DNA of 64,000 bases from a virus. Where the stretch lies: the IMG/VR virus record IMGVR_UViG_3300025162_000041, positions 1 through 64,000 of that record; one strand, written 5' to 3'. The number at the start of each line of letters is the position of its first letter. Within the stretch, counting starts at the first letter, position 1. Of this stretch, positions 49,079-60,005 are shown piece by piece. The translations under genes and the position numbers were made by a program. The notes beneath the pieces were generated by a model that had not been told where the DNA came from, ran no database searches, and saw nothing but the letters and a program-made list of their open reading frames with translations.

Positions 49079-49864
49079 ATGATTGAGCGAAAACTAGGAT
49101 GGAAGAAGCAGAAGCCTGACAATCGGGATTTAACGATTCAGAATTTAAAAATGGCGAGTGTATTGCCGACAGTATTACCGCCTGCGGTAAATCTTCGTAA
49201 GTGGTGTTCACCTGTGGAGGATCAAAACGATTTGGGGTCATGCACTGCGAATGCATGGTCAGGGATTCTTGAATTTAATCAGAACAAGTATCCAATTAGT
49301 GGGAGTAGGTATTTTGATTTGAGTCGTTTGTTTATTTACTATAATGAGAGGGTTCTTGAGGATACTGTGAATGAGGATTCTGGGGCAGAGCTTAGGGATG
49401 GGGCGAGGGCAATAAACATATATGGGGTATGTCCTGAGTATAAATGGCCTTATATTACCAGTAAGTTTGCGGTTGAGCCGAGTTCAGATTGTTATGCGGC
49501 GGCATTGCCGAATCACATTCACAATTATTATGCACTCAATACGTTTAATGATTTAAAGACTTCTTTAGCGGGTGGTCATCCATTTGTATTTGGGATTGCG
49601 GTTTACGATAGTTTTTTAAGTGATGCCGTTGCTAATACTGGTATAGTTCCCATGCCAAATCAAAAGACTGAGCGAATTCGGGGTGGGCACGCAATTATGT
49701 GTGTGGGATATAATGATTATGAAGGTCGATTTCTTATTCGCAATTCATGGGGTAAGGATTGGGGGCTTAAGGGTACTAATGCGGGATATTGTACGTTACC
49801 TTATGATTATTTAGCTAACTCACATCTTGCCAGTGATTTTTGGACTTCGGTCAAAGAAACTTGA
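49079..49864 (+). CDS. Papain-family (C1) cysteine peptidase
   Basis: DQNDLGSCTA, GGHAI, IRNSWG. Confidence 0.9.
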   Translation: MIERKLGWKKQKPDNRDLTIQNLKMASVLPTVLPPAVNLRKWCSPVEDQNDLGSCTANAWSGILEFNQNKYPISGSRYFDLSRLFIYYNERVLEDTVNEDSGAELRDGARAINIYGVCPEYKWPYITSKFAVEPSSDCYAAALPNHIHNYYALNTFNDLKTSLAGGHPFVFGIAVYDSFLSDAVANTGIVPMPNQKTERIRGGHAIMCVGYNDYEGRFLIRNSWGKDWGLKGTNAGYCTLPYDYLANSHLASDFWTSVKET

Positions 49865-49879
49865 TTTGACATAATATTT

Positions 49880-49907
49880 GACCCCGTTTTGGCGGGGTCT
49901 TTTTTTT
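49880..49907 (+). terminator. Rho-independent terminator
   Basis: GACCCCG-TTTTGG-CGGGGTC plus T8. Confidence 0.8.
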
Positions 49908-49948
49908 GCACTTGACTCATTGTTAAAAGCATGTTATAGTTATAAGAT

Positions 49949-50785
49949 ATGATTAAGGTTCAATGGTTAGTTGAAAATTTTACACACGAGTCCAGTTATA
50001 TTGACCTTGTGAAAGCCATTAAAGAGGAAGGGTATCCTGTTCGTGAAATCACCAACGATTTTGCTTTTGCTGATATAGATGAGTATGATGGCGAGTTGCC
50101 CGTGATGTTTTGTGGTTCTATAAAAATGACTGAGTTAGTTCAGTTGAAGCTGAGGCATTGTTTTCCTGTATCTTATTGTAATCAAGAAAATTACTTATGT
50201 TCGAAGTATATGACTCATTTCGGGAAATATCTTTTCAACGATAGGTATGCTATTTTATCTCTTAACGAACTCCAGCGAAACAAATGGCTTTACTATGGGA
50301 TTTTTGGTAAAGAAGCCCTAATTTTTATAAGACCTGACAGTGGGCAGAAACCATTTCAGGCTCAACTATTGGATCTACTTGATTTTGATCGTTTTGTTAT
50401 GTCCAATCAGATTATAGGGCATGATTTAGTAGTTGTTAGCAGTCCTAAAAAAATATTATGGGAGGGTAGGTTTGTTGTTAGTCGGGGCAAAGAAATCATT
50501 GCACATTCCACGTATAGATTTCAGGATCAAATCACAAAAATACCATCTGTGCCAGAGGGAGCTATGGTATTATGTGAAGAGTTATTGGAGGTTGGATATT
50601 ATCCCGATTCTGTTTTTTGCATGGACCTTTGTCAAGATGCAGATAATAACTACTGGTTATTGGAAATCAATTCTTTTTCTTCCGCAGGTTTGTATGAGTG
50701 CAACAAGCATCAAGTCGTACAAAAAGTGTCCGAAATAGCTGCGGACGAATGGGACCGATGGCATAAAAACTTTACTCACGCATAG
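49949..50785 (+). CDS. ATP-grasp domain protein (DUF4343/R2K-like)
   Basis: IFIRPDSGQKPF, EGRFVV, FCMDL, LLEINSFSSAGLY. Confidence 0.75.
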   Translation: MIKVQWLVENFTHESSYIDLVKAIKEEGYPVREITNDFAFADIDEYDGELPVMFCGSIKMTELVQLKLRHCFPVSYCNQENYLCSKYMTHFGKYLFNDRYAILSLNELQRNKWLYYGIFGKEALIFIRPDSGQKPFQAQLLDLLDFDRFVMSNQIIGHDLVVVSSPKKILWEGRFVVSRGKEIIAHSTYRFQDQITKIPSVPEGAMVLCEELLEVGYYPDSVFCMDLCQDADNNYWLLEINSFSSAGLYECNKHQVVQKVSEIAADEWDRWHKNFTHA

Positions 50786-50813
50786 TCCTTGTAGGTCATA
50801 TTTATATTATGAT

Positions 50814-51164
50814 ATGATTAAATTGCAACATTTGTTGTCGGAGGCTGTCGGAGTTTTTCTGCTTACCAAGGATGATGTACAGGAAGTAATGCATAAGCTT
50901 ACTATTCTTCTAAATGAACCCGATCTTCAAGCGGATTACGGGGTGACGAGAGAGCAGGTTGAGGTGTTACTTAAAAGTATTCCGTTAAATGGTGGGCAGT
51001 GGCAAGTCACCAACGAAATGCTTTCAACACTTAAGGGAGAAATGCAGGATCATATCGTAGTATTACGAGATATTGCGACAGATGCTTTCAATGCAAACAA
51101 ACGAGAAGAGGCTTTGCGTATAAATAAACAAGCGGATCGGTTTGAACGAATATTCGGATTGTGA
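50814..51164 (+). CDS. Hypothetical protein
   Basis: Late motif at 50799; MIKLQHLLSE start. Confidence 0.6.
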   Translation: MIKLQHLLSEAVGVFLLTKDDVQEVMHKLTILLNEPDLQADYGVTREQVEVLLKSIPLNGGQWQVTNEMLSTLKGEMQDHIVVLRDIATDAFNANKREEALRINKQADRFERIFGL

Positions 51165-51165
51165 T

Positions 51166-51906
51166 ATGATTTCATTTTTAAAAATATTGCGTCGGTTATT
51201 AACAGAACGAATGAGTTTTCATGATCTTATTCGTGGGAGTGAAAGTGGACGAAAACAACGTGCTCGTACTGATGTCCGTGTGCGTCCTATACGAGTTACT
51301 ACGATAAATGGCAATGAAGCATGGACATTTTCATACAAAAGTTATCCTAGCACAACCGGAATTAGATGGAAAGGCTACATCAATTTCTTTAAAAAAGATG
51401 TTTCATCTAAAGACAATGCCGAAGACCTTGATTGTATGGTGGATTGTCAGTGTCCCGATTATCGTTACCGTTGGGCGTATCCAAATTCGGGGGCTGGAGT
51501 GGGAACAACAGGCCCAGAATCGTGGAATAAAAACAATGGTCAACCTCCAAGACCAAGGTCTCAGGGTGGATTAGGGGTATATCCACCAGGGGCATGTAAA
51601 CATTTAATTGCGTTGGGCAAATATCTTGAAACTCAGATTTCTTCTAACGCTCCCGATCCAGAAAATGAAGTGCCACCGTCTGGGCCTCAGACCGTTGATG
51701 CACCATACCCATATAATGATACCTATACGGATGATCGCTCCGGTTCAGATACATTACAAGAAAGAAATCAAGATGTTCGGGAAATATATAGAAATTTCAA
51801 AGATAAAATGTCCTCTACAAATAAATTGTCATTATATGAACGGATAGACAATTTTGTCAAATCACATCCTGAATTTGATGTAGAGTATTATGAGGATGAG
51901 GATTAG
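51166..51906 (+). CDS. SWIM-type zinc finger protein
   Basis: VDCQCPDY...ACKHL. Confidence 0.65.
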   Translation: MISFLKILRRLLTERMSFHDLIRGSESGRKQRARTDVRVRPIRVTTINGNEAWTFSYKSYPSTTGIRWKGYINFFKKDVSSKDNAEDLDCMVDCQCPDYRYRWAYPNSGAGVGTTGPESWNKNNGQPPRPRSQGGLGVYPPGACKHLIALGKYLETQISSNAPDPENEVPPSGPQTVDAPYPYNDTYTDDRSGSDTLQERNQDVREIYRNFKDKMSSTNKLSLYERIDNFVKSHPEFDVEYYEDED

Positions 51907-52597
51907 GGAATTTATTGCTTTTTCGGATATTGTCATCTCTCCATAAAGGTTGATAATTTGTATAATGGCACGCTTTCAGAAATTGTTCTCGGTCTTCCAA
52001 ATTGAAGATGGATATGGGAATGATATGGTCTAAGTGCCAGTTGCCATAGTTATTCCATGACATTCCATCTTGAAATTTAGATGCGATGTAATTTTTGAAC
52101 ATATCAAGTGAACATCCCAAATCTTTAACTGCGGATCCTACTTTTTGATTCCTGCGAATAGCCTTTGTTAATCTGGTTCTTAAGTTTCCAGCTAATCTGA
52201 ATTTAATGTCTATCATTCGTCTCTTATTACAATAATTAGTATGATATTTTATTATATCTGTTTTGTTTAGAGTGTAGTATTGTTTGTTATAGTTATCTAT
52301 TCGAAATTTATTTTTGGTGCGATATTGTTTTCTTGGAACTTTATTATTATGATAATACTTTATTGCCAATGACTTTAAGTTTTCTTTATTCTTTCTATAA
52401 TAATCCTTGTTATAGTTCGGATTCTTTAAATAATAATTTTGTCCAAATTCTTTGCGTTTATTGGGATTTTTTAAATAATAATTTTTTTGAATTTGCTTAA
52501 TTTTGTCCGGATATTTTAAGCGGTATGTGTTGCTTTGTTTGTTATGTAGTAACCTTCGCCTTTCTTTTTCCCCAATATCGTTGCATAGACTTAGCAT
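51857..52597 (-). CDS. HNH endonuclease (start uncertain, up to 52756)
   Basis: Lys/Tyr-rich repeats, then GMSWNNYG.WHLDHIIP...CHYTNYQPLW..DN..KSNK. Confidence 0.8.
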   Translation of the reverse strand: MLSLCNDIGEKERRRLLHNKQSNTYRLKYPDKIKQIQKNYYLKNPNKRKEFGQNYYLKNPNYNKDYYRKNKENLKSLAIKYYHNNKVPRKQYRTKNKFRIDNYNKQYYTLNKTDIIKYHTNYCNKRRMIDIKFRLAGNLRTRLTKAIRRNQKVGSAVKDLGCSLDMFKNYIASKFQDGMSWNNYGNWHLDHIIPISIFNLEDREQFLKACHYTNYQPLWRDDNIRKSNKFPNPHPHNTLHQIQDVI

Positions 52598-52694
52598 TGA
52601 GTCTGGCTTTGTGTCGTTGGTAATAACGCTTTGCACGAAGTCGTTGTTGTCCGAGCAATTCGTCTTGTGTTCGGTTAAGTCTTTTTCTTCCCAT
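52542..52694 (-). CDS. Small basic protein overlapping the HNH gene
   Basis: MGRKRLNRT...RAKRYYQRH preceded by AAAGGAAA. Confidence 0.45.
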   Translation of the reverse strand: MGRKRLNRTQDELLGQQRLRAKRYYQRHKARLNAKSMQRYWGKRKAKVTT

Positions 52695-52826
52695 ATAATT
52701 TCCTTTTCGTTTAAGGTTAACAAAGTGTTGTTCATGTGGTATAAATAGTACATCATAGAATAAAACGTCAGAAAAAAAAACGAAAATATTTTGGGAATGC
52801 CGTCTTGTCTTCATATTTATATGTGA

Positions 52827-53582
52827 ATGAAAATAATTAAACTACAATCTCTCATTAAAGAATCTCTTTCCGAAGCCCATCAACAGGGGCATTGGTGGAT
52901 CGACAATGGTGGTGATTTGCAACAATCAGGTGGTGAAAAAGAGATGAAGACTGAGAAATGGAAGCATATGAAGGCTTCTGCGGATAAGATTGAAATCACC
53001 ACGTGGGAACTTACTGCTCAAGACCTTGGTATTATTCTTCAAGGAATCAAAAAAATCATGGGTGCTGAAGAAACTGAAAAAGATCCTGATGCCGACGTTG
53101 GAAAAGATGGTTATACTGGTCCTCGGGTGGATATTATTCTCAAGAAGAAAGACAAATCTTTTAAGAATGTTCCACTTGGTATTTTGAAAACATGTTTACC
53201 TTCTCATATGAAGAACTATGAGAAGGGTAAAGACTCAGACCTTGCTGGACCAGTAACTGAGGAATTTCATCATTTACATAAGGATTATCGACTCTACGAG
53301 GGTGACGATAGAATTACGGCTATTTTTGAGGATAATAGCAAGTTGGTTTTTGAGGTTCATTTCCATAATAACCACGGAGAAGATCGAGATAAATGGCGTC
53401 GTCAAGCGTTTTCCAAATGGAAATCTGCGGCCAATGAAATTTACAGAGATGTTCAACTAACCGAAGCAGGAAATCCAATACAACGAAGTTGGAAAGAATG
53501 CTTTCAAGAAGCTCTTAAGCATCCCAAGCTTAAGGATTATATTCGTCAGCCTCATCATCAACCTGTCTTCGAGAAGAATTAA
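52827..53582 (+). CDS. Hypothetical protein
   Basis: Late motif at 52814. Confidence 0.6.
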   Translation: MKIIKLQSLIKESLSEAHQQGHWWIDNGGDLQQSGGEKEMKTEKWKHMKASADKIEITTWELTAQDLGIILQGIKKIMGAEETEKDPDADVGKDGYTGPRVDIILKKKDKSFKNVPLGILKTCLPSHMKNYEKGKDSDLAGPVTEEFHHLHKDYRLYEGDDRITAIFEDNSKLVFEVHFHNNHGEDRDKWRRQAFSKWKSAANEIYRDVQLTEAGNPIQRSWKECFQEALKHPKLKDYIRQPHHQPVFEKN

Positions 53583-54265
53583 GTTACTCTTACTCGTTTG
53601 GCAATAAGATATGATCCCTGAAATACTGTAACCGTATCATTATTGTTTGAAACTGCGACTGCAATAGAAATAGTAGTTGTAGTAGATGGGTTAACGATAC
53701 AAAGTTGTATTTGATCTGGTCCTGGTGTATTTATTTGAGTATGTACAAGTGTTGCCATCTTTGTATTTACAGCCGTTAATCTCTGGCGTGACGGAGTAGT
53801 AATAGCATTTAATTCTGTCATGACCCATCCTTCAACATCTCCTATAGTACCAGCCGAAGATGATATTGCATAAACCATTCCACGATTGTTACTGCACTGA
53901 GTACTGAGATATGCTTCACATGTCCATGTCTCTCCTGCTTGCATGGTGAATGATAACGGTGTTGCTGTTACTGCAATTTGGTCACCTGTGTGGGTAAAAT
54001 TCGATCCAGATATTGCGGCAACCACAAAATCATTCAGATAACTTGCTGTTGTAGCATATGAGGCGCTTTCTGCTATTGAGGAAGAAACTGCTGAATGGAC
54101 GCTTCCCGTGCCAGCAATAAAGGAGGCGGTATCTACCATTGCCAAATTGCCAAAGGCATCGGACACTATGATACTATTCGGCTGGACGTGAAGGGGGGCT
54201 TCCTCAAACGTCTGGTTCGCCGTTCGTCTTTCCAAGAAAATGTCTTTAGTACTATATTGGCTCAT
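53579..54265 (-). CDS. Virion fibre/decoration-type protein
   Basis: AVSSSIAESASYATTAS repeat; beta-rich C-terminus. Confidence 0.5.
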   Translation of the reverse strand: MSQYSTKDIFLERRTANQTFEEAPLHVQPNSIIVSDAFGNLAMVDTASFIAGTGSVHSAVSSSIAESASYATTASYLNDFVVAAISGSNFTHTGDQIAVTATPLSFTMQAGETWTCEAYLSTQCSNNRGMVYAISSSAGTIGDVEGWVMTELNAITTPSRQRLTAVNTKMATLVHTQINTPGPDQIQLCIVNPSTTTTISIAVAVSNNNDTVTVFQGSYLIAKRVRVT

Positions 54266-54320
54266 TTGATTATTTCCTATACACTGTTTCCAAAAAATTC
54301 CACATTATAATGTAATTCCA

Positions 54321-55796
54321 TTACACTAGAGTTGCCGAAAGCGTATTTATTCCTTCTGGTGGGTATCCATCTACTGGGCCTCTATCTGCACAGCTAGTTG
54401 CAGGAATTTTATCAAATGTTGCAATCGCCACTCGTCTCCATTCTTCACTGGTATAAATATAAAAATATTGGGCATCATACATTATGTCACCTTGATTTCC
54501 GTCATTCGAGAAATTAAATTCGGCAATGGCTACTTTTCGCCAATTGCCTTTAGTATAAATATAGAAGAACAATGTATTATACGCAACAGAACCTGGAGTT
54601 CCATATAAAGGAACATTATCTTCGCAAACAGGCGTAAATTCTGCAATAGCGACCCGACGCCATTTATGTTCGGTGTGTAGATAAAAATACTCAGCGTCAT
54701 AAGACATATCTCCGTCTTGTCCGCCAGCGGCTTGTTGCATTGGAACTGGTACAATACGCAAGAATAATGGAGAATTATCCACTTTAATGCCTACATGAGG
54801 TCCAGCATCGAGGATGCTATTATCCGTTATGCTTGTATCCATAGTCAGACCTGGAGATGGAATAATGGTATCGTAACGAAGATTTGGGTAATTTTTGTTT
54901 CTCCATTTTTCAGCATTAGCAGTTATTTTGGATAGTTCAAAGTCGGTCTTTACCACTTCAAGACCCATAACAAATTTTTTCGGGGTCATTCGTTTTTGGG
55001 TTGTCATCTTGTGACGGTCTAAATAGGTCACGGAATCGGGGAGGATATAACCATGAGTTCTTAAGTCAAATTCAGTTTTGACTGACCGTTCATCGCCAGC
55101 TTGTATTTCCACATTGTGGGTATAACCACCCTCGACATTAACACGAAATCGAAATCCTTTTCTGCTGCCCCAATAGTCTTGTGTGTTATAAATAATCGTC
55201 TGCATGATTTGATTCATTTGCTCAACAAGAGCAGTCCATACAATACAGTGATAAGTAAGAATCATATGCTTTGGAACTAGCACATTGAAAATTTCATTGA
55301 CGGGAGCATTCTGACCTGTAAGCGCACCAAATTTGGTGTATTTGTTCTTCTCCGAATATAATTTCATCACTGGCGTGTCGAGATAACGATTAAAAAACAA
55401 TAATGACTGGTCATTCTCGGAGTTAGACCGTTTAAGAATCATAGCGGGTTGCATGATCTTACCTTGTTTATCACGGAGATATCCGTCTCGGGCCGAACTC
55501 ACCCACCGTTCGGGGGGACCATAGAAAATAGGAACTTTGACTTGTTTGCCTACGTCGGTAATTTGAATTTGAAGTTGTTCAAGTTGAGTAAGAATGGTTT
55601 CATCAATATCATAAAATGTAATGGTAAAATCTTTCTGTCCATCCTTATCCCTGCGAATTTCTTCTGCGCGATTATTACTAACAAAGGCAGCGGGATCATT
55701 GTTAGTAATAAACTTTTCTGCACGATCAATAGGTTCTCTGATCATGTTAGGTGCAGGATTTGATTTATCCCCATGCCAAGACATCGAATTACCCAT
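54321..55796 (-). CDS. Tail completion/terminator-like protein with C-terminal repeats
   Basis: KVPIFYGPPERW...RDKQGKI, follows neck genes; three G..YD..YFY....WRRVAIA repeats. Confidence 0.6.
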   Translation of the reverse strand: MGNSMSWHGDKSNPAPNMIREPIDRAEKFITNNDPAAFVSNNRAEEIRRDKDGQKDFTITFYDIDETILTQLEQLQIQITDVGKQVKVPIFYGPPERWVSSARDGYLRDKQGKIMQPAMILKRSNSENDQSLLFFNRYLDTPVMKLYSEKNKYTKFGALTGQNAPVNEIFNVLVPKHMILTYHCIVWTALVEQMNQIMQTIIYNTQDYWGSRKGFRFRVNVEGGYTHNVEIQAGDERSVKTEFDLRTHGYILPDSVTYLDRHKMTTQKRMTPKKFVMGLEVVKTDFELSKITANAEKWRNKNYPNLRYDTIIPSPGLTMDTSITDNSILDAGPHVGIKVDNSPLFLRIVPVPMQQAAGGQDGDMSYDAEYFYLHTEHKWRRVAIAEFTPVCEDNVPLYGTPGSVAYNTLFFYIYTKGNWRKVAIAEFNFSNDGNQGDIMYDAQYFYIYTSEEWRRVAIATFDKIPATSCADRGPVDGYPPEGINTLSATLV

Positions 55797-55843
55797 TCCT
55801 TTCTACAACATTCTTAAAATTAGAGTAAACATCTACCATATGC

Positions 55844-58800
55844 TTAAACCATGCTTGAACTCATCCAAGTTGTTCCTGTATAAATGTATAGACATTTATT
55901 ACCTACATTCACATATGCTGACCCTGTAAGAGTGATTGGAGTTAATACGGATGTTGATGATGAATATGGAAGTTGGAACATATTGGTTACAGTTATTTTG
56001 GATGCTTCAACTCTTCCTGTATTGAAATATATATCGTTTCCAGAAGTTGACCATATTTCAACATCATATGTTCCATAAAGTTGTCCCTTATCACTTCGAA
56101 TTTTATAATTAACTATGCTAGATGAGAGTGTTATACTTGGATTCTTTAACCAATTTATATTGCTTGGCCATGTTACATTATAATATGTATTTGGAACTGT
56201 TTGTACAGTCCGTATATTAATTTCTTCGTTTCTGGGAATTATGTTTTGTCCAATAGTATTGTTGACATCAGCATATGTCCCAACAATATAACTTCCAGTA
56301 TTACTGAAATTTAAGATACATAAATTATCATCTAGATTTATTATATGATTTTTTATATTGAAGTTTATGGATGCGGTCGGATAATACTCAAATATTGAAA
56401 CTTTAGAAAAAGTACCGGTTGATGTTCCAGGCGCAATACTTCGACTGAATTCCATTGAAAAACTACCAGTTGGATTGATTAAACTTCCATTGGTTGTAAA
56501 ATATATTCTGTGGTCACCGCCAGTATTGTGAATTGCATTATTCCATGTGAATAATGGAACACCTCCTATTTTAACTTTGGCATCTGTCAATGCAGGAGAA
56601 AATACAATGGGTGCCGAATTACCTTCCTGACTAAACATATAATTAAAAATATATGTTTTGTTTGGCTGAAGTTGATTCGTAAAACTAGACGAGTATTGTA
56701 CTAGCGATGCGGAATAATTGAAAGATAACATTCCATTGTATCCTGCCGAATCATTATGCCAAATTGATCCGATATAAGCGAGTGCAGGATTTGAAAGAAT
56801 ATTCTTGCTAATATCAATATATGGAGTAATGATTGAATTTCTTTCCAATACCAAATTATTTTTACTATAATTTGGAATGTTATAAAACCCATCTCTATAA
56901 CTGTGAAGTGACGCGGGAAGTAACCATACTAGAGGAGTTGGCGTTCCAGCATCATCATAATTGTTTTCAATACAATATGAGCTTACTAAGTCTGTATATT
57001 TGGTCAAATCAACTTGATGCTCCGAAGATGTATTGTATATATCACTATCTGTTTGAAATATAATTGGAATATTATTAAACCAATTCGCATAAGCATCTTG
57101 AAGCTCATTCGCGTTATAGTTATAATTAAATCCTTTGCGTTTTGAACTGTTGAAATTTATAAAAGTATTTCCCTCAATAGTTAAATGTGATGCGGATGTA
57201 TAAGTTGAAATCGATTTAAACACAATACCATTACATCGTTGTGTATTACTGTTTTTATACTGTGCATAATAATAAGGATTATCAATTGTTCGTTGGAATA
57301 TATTATGAATCTTATCAAAAAATGCAGACCCAACTGCTACGCAATTAGAATACGCCTCTCCAGAAAATTGGGAAAATGACCTATTATATGATCCAGAAAA
57401 ATATGCGTTATATATCACCATACTGGATACATTACTACCATAAATAGTAACTCCACATGCATCGGAAATACTGGCAGGTATTAAACATTTAAATGTTGTT
57501 GTGGTTGGAACCTCAAGTATTGATACTCCTGGCAATTCGTCATAAGAAGGAGCGGTGTTTAAATATGAATATGGCGGTATAGAGTTGGCTATATGCACAG
57601 TAATTGATCCTGCCAGTTCATGTGCGGTAGAAGACGTAAAAGATGCAGTAATATATCCGTTTGTACGTGTCGATAGAGATGCGGTTATTATTGATATATT
57701 TGCGATATTATGACCTATAATATTACCATTTATAGACCCGAGAAAATTTTGTAATTCCCACGGTGCATTTACTCCGACGGTTGCATTTATGCTTGGATAA
57801 TATTCTTGCGTATATCTACTGGATGCCGCTGGAATTCTAATTGTATTATTTTGTATTACAATTTCTCCGCTCTTATGTTTATGGAGAATGTCTGTACTTT
57901 GGTTTGAGCCAACTATTATTGCATTTAATGTACCTTGGTTGCCATATAAATCATCCGATAAATCTCTATCTAGTATTTGAATATAATTATTGCTAATAAT
58001 ATATTTATCCATAGAGCAAATGGCAGAACCTCCGTACGCAGGTATACAGTTTGCTACATCAATAAATGAATTTCCGTCAATAATCCTACTAAATTGCCAT
58101 GTATCTTGACCAATACACGAATCCATCCCAGCAGCATAATTATTTTTTGTTACTGAAGCACCACCAAAAAAAGCGGCATATTCAAATAATCCAGATTTCA
58201 TCTCCCACCTACCGTATGGGGTGCCATCATTAATTTTTTTCATCCTACCGCCAACAATTCTATTATCTGGCAAATAACGTATGTTGACTATCGCCCATTG
58301 GCCAATAGATCCAGTTTTATATCCATTGCCGGGAATAATTCCGTCCGATGAACCCGTCAAACTTTCATAAGTACAACTCGAACTTACAAATATCGATAAA
58401 ATTGATCCATTCCACACACTTGCTGTGGATGGACATCTTGGATATAGATATGCAATAGTACAATTTTCTACACTTGATAACAGTTCTACAGTTGATTCGC
58501 CAACTGGATTTCCATCTATATCTGTGACCGCAAGCATTGGAGAAATAGCAAATACAGTTTGGTTAGTACTAGGATTTTGATAATCTGGATTGCCAGGATT
58601 TGTAGCGATGCAATTTAACGCCCGATTTGGTTTAAATGTAGTTTGTGCAGTTACTGGCCACGGAAAAGTAGTGGTGTCTCTAAAACTACTAACATAAGGA
58701 CACTTTTCAACTCCATGAGATACATCATACTGTAACCCTGGACTAAGCCCAGCACCAAAAATAAATCCTTCTATATATGAGCCGCCAATATCTGGAACGT

Positions 58801-59929
58801 TAATACTCGATGACAATTCTCCGTGGCTCACACCACACCCAAATCCTCTGGCTTCAATATGATCAAAAATTATATTTTCTCCAGCCAAATTAAATAAATT
58901 AATAGTACTTCTTACTTTATTCGCATATTGAGGAAGATAATATCCCCAACTGTCAATGCTACCACTACTATTTGAATCTTTCGCCCAACCTTTCCAATTA
59001 AAACTACTATGTTTGGCTTGATTATCAAAATTACCATCAATAGTCATGTCGCAAAAGAGAACATTTCTTCTCATACTTGGTATTCCGCCCCAAGGAAAAG
59101 CACAAAGTTCTAACCAATCCGAATCAATAATAGAACTCTGCGAGTTTGCATTCATGACCCATCTATTATTTCCTGGATTAATTTGAGTTTGATTGCCAAA
59201 ACCGTCAAGTCCATCAAATTTTGAATAGTCAGTACTTCCCGAACCACATTCGGTTCCAATAGGTATAAAATTAGAACCAGACCCAGGCAACCAACGAATA
59301 TTGTCTGGTAACAATGCAATGCCAAACATTGAAAAATAATGGCTATAACCATAGGGAGAGTTATCCATTATTTTTAATGTAGTTCTTCCCATTCCCTTCC
59401 CCTTGAATGTAGTATTAGAAGGAACTGGTAACATTCCTCTTACAGCATATGTTTTGGCATCAAATTCAATGACGCTATGACTCAGAGTACAGTTTTTAAT
59501 AGCAATCCAATCGTCTGTAACACCATCACCAACGGCACCATACATTTCTGGGCGTCCAATGCTTGGAAATGCATTAACGGCATTTGAAGCATAACTCGAC
59601 GAAATAGACGCAGAGGCCCACGAAGCAGAAATATTATATGAACCACCACTTACAACACCAGTGCCACCGCCATTTACAACATTTATTGCCCAAGAAGAAG
59701 TTCCGAACAATGATGAGGTATAATTTATTAAGTTTTTCCACTGCGAGGATGTAACGCCCGGTAAATTATTAAGGTTATTATCAGTTAAACTCGAATAAAT
59801 ATAACCATTATAATGAGTTATATCATTAATATTATAGGAATAAGTCCCCGCCCAGTCAGGTAACGAGTTAATTTTGGATCGAATGCTTAATCCGAGTTCG
59901 CCATTAGAAAATGTTTGTGTTCTTGCCAT
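55844..59929 (-). CDS. Tail spike / beta-helix depolymerase-like protein
   Basis: YGAVGDGVTDD pectate-lyase-type start; I.NN.I beta-helix rungs; 1361 aa. Confidence 0.7.
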   Translation of the reverse strand: MARTQTFSNGELGLSIRSKINSLPDWAGTYSYNINDITHYNGYIYSSLTDNNLNNLPGVTSSQWKNLINYTSSLFGTSSWAINVVNGGGTGVVSGGSYNISASWASASISSSYASNAVNAFPSIGRPEMYGAVGDGVTDDWIAIKNCTLSHSVIEFDAKTYAVRGMLPVPSNTTFKGKGMGRTTLKIMDNSPYGYSHYFSMFGIALLPDNIRWLPGSGSNFIPIGTECGSGSTDYSKFDGLDGFGNQTQINPGNNRWVMNANSQSSIIDSDWLELCAFPWGGIPSMRRNVLFCDMTIDGNFDNQAKHSSFNWKGWAKDSNSSGSIDSWGYYLPQYANKVRSTINLFNLAGENIIFDHIEARGFGCGVSHGELSSSINVPDIGGSYIEGFIFGAGLSPGLQYDVSHGVEKCPYVSSFRDTTTFPWPVTAQTTFKPNRALNCIATNPGNPDYQNPSTNQTVFAISPMLAVTDIDGNPVGESTVELLSSVENCTIAYLYPRCPSTASVWNGSILSIFVSSSCTYESLTGSSDGIIPGNGYKTGSIGQWAIVNIRYLPDNRIVGGRMKKINDGTPYGRWEMKSGLFEYAAFFGGASVTKNNYAAGMDSCIGQDTWQFSRIIDGNSFIDVANCIPAYGGSAICSMDKYIISNNYIQILDRDLSDDLYGNQGTLNAIIVGSNQSTDILHKHKSGEIVIQNNTIRIPAASSRYTQEYYPSINATVGVNAPWELQNFLGSINGNIIGHNIANISIITASLSTRTNGYITASFTSSTAHELAGSITVHIANSIPPYSYLNTAPSYDELPGVSILEVPTTTTFKCLIPASISDACGVTIYGSNVSSMVIYNAYFSGSYNRSFSQFSGEAYSNCVAVGSAFFDKIHNIFQRTIDNPYYYAQYKNSNTQRCNGIVFKSISTYTSASHLTIEGNTFINFNSSKRKGFNYNYNANELQDAYANWFNNIPIIFQTDSDIYNTSSEHQVDLTKYTDLVSSYCIENNYDDAGTPTPLVWLLPASLHSYRDGFYNIPNYSKNNLVLERNSIITPYIDISKNILSNPALAYIGSIWHNDSAGYNGMLSFNYSASLVQYSSSFTNQLQPNKTYIFNYMFSQEGNSAPIVFSPALTDAKVKIGGVPLFTWNNAIHNTGGDHRIYFTTNGSLINPTGSFSMEFSRSIAPGTSTGTFSKVSIFEYYPTASINFNIKNHIINLDDNLCILNFSNTGSYIVGTYADVNNTIGQNIIPRNEEINIRTVQTVPNTYYNVTWPSNINWLKNPSITLSSSIVNYKIRSDKGQLYGTYDVEIWSTSGNDIYFNTGRVEASKITVTNMFQLPYSSSTSVLTPITLTGSAYVNVGNKCLYIYTGTTWMSSSMV

Positions 59930-60005
59930 AGGTTATATTTTGATTTGAAGTTATAGTTATAAATATCGGGTCATAAGGAATATCTTAATTCCAAATGGAA
60001 AGTTG

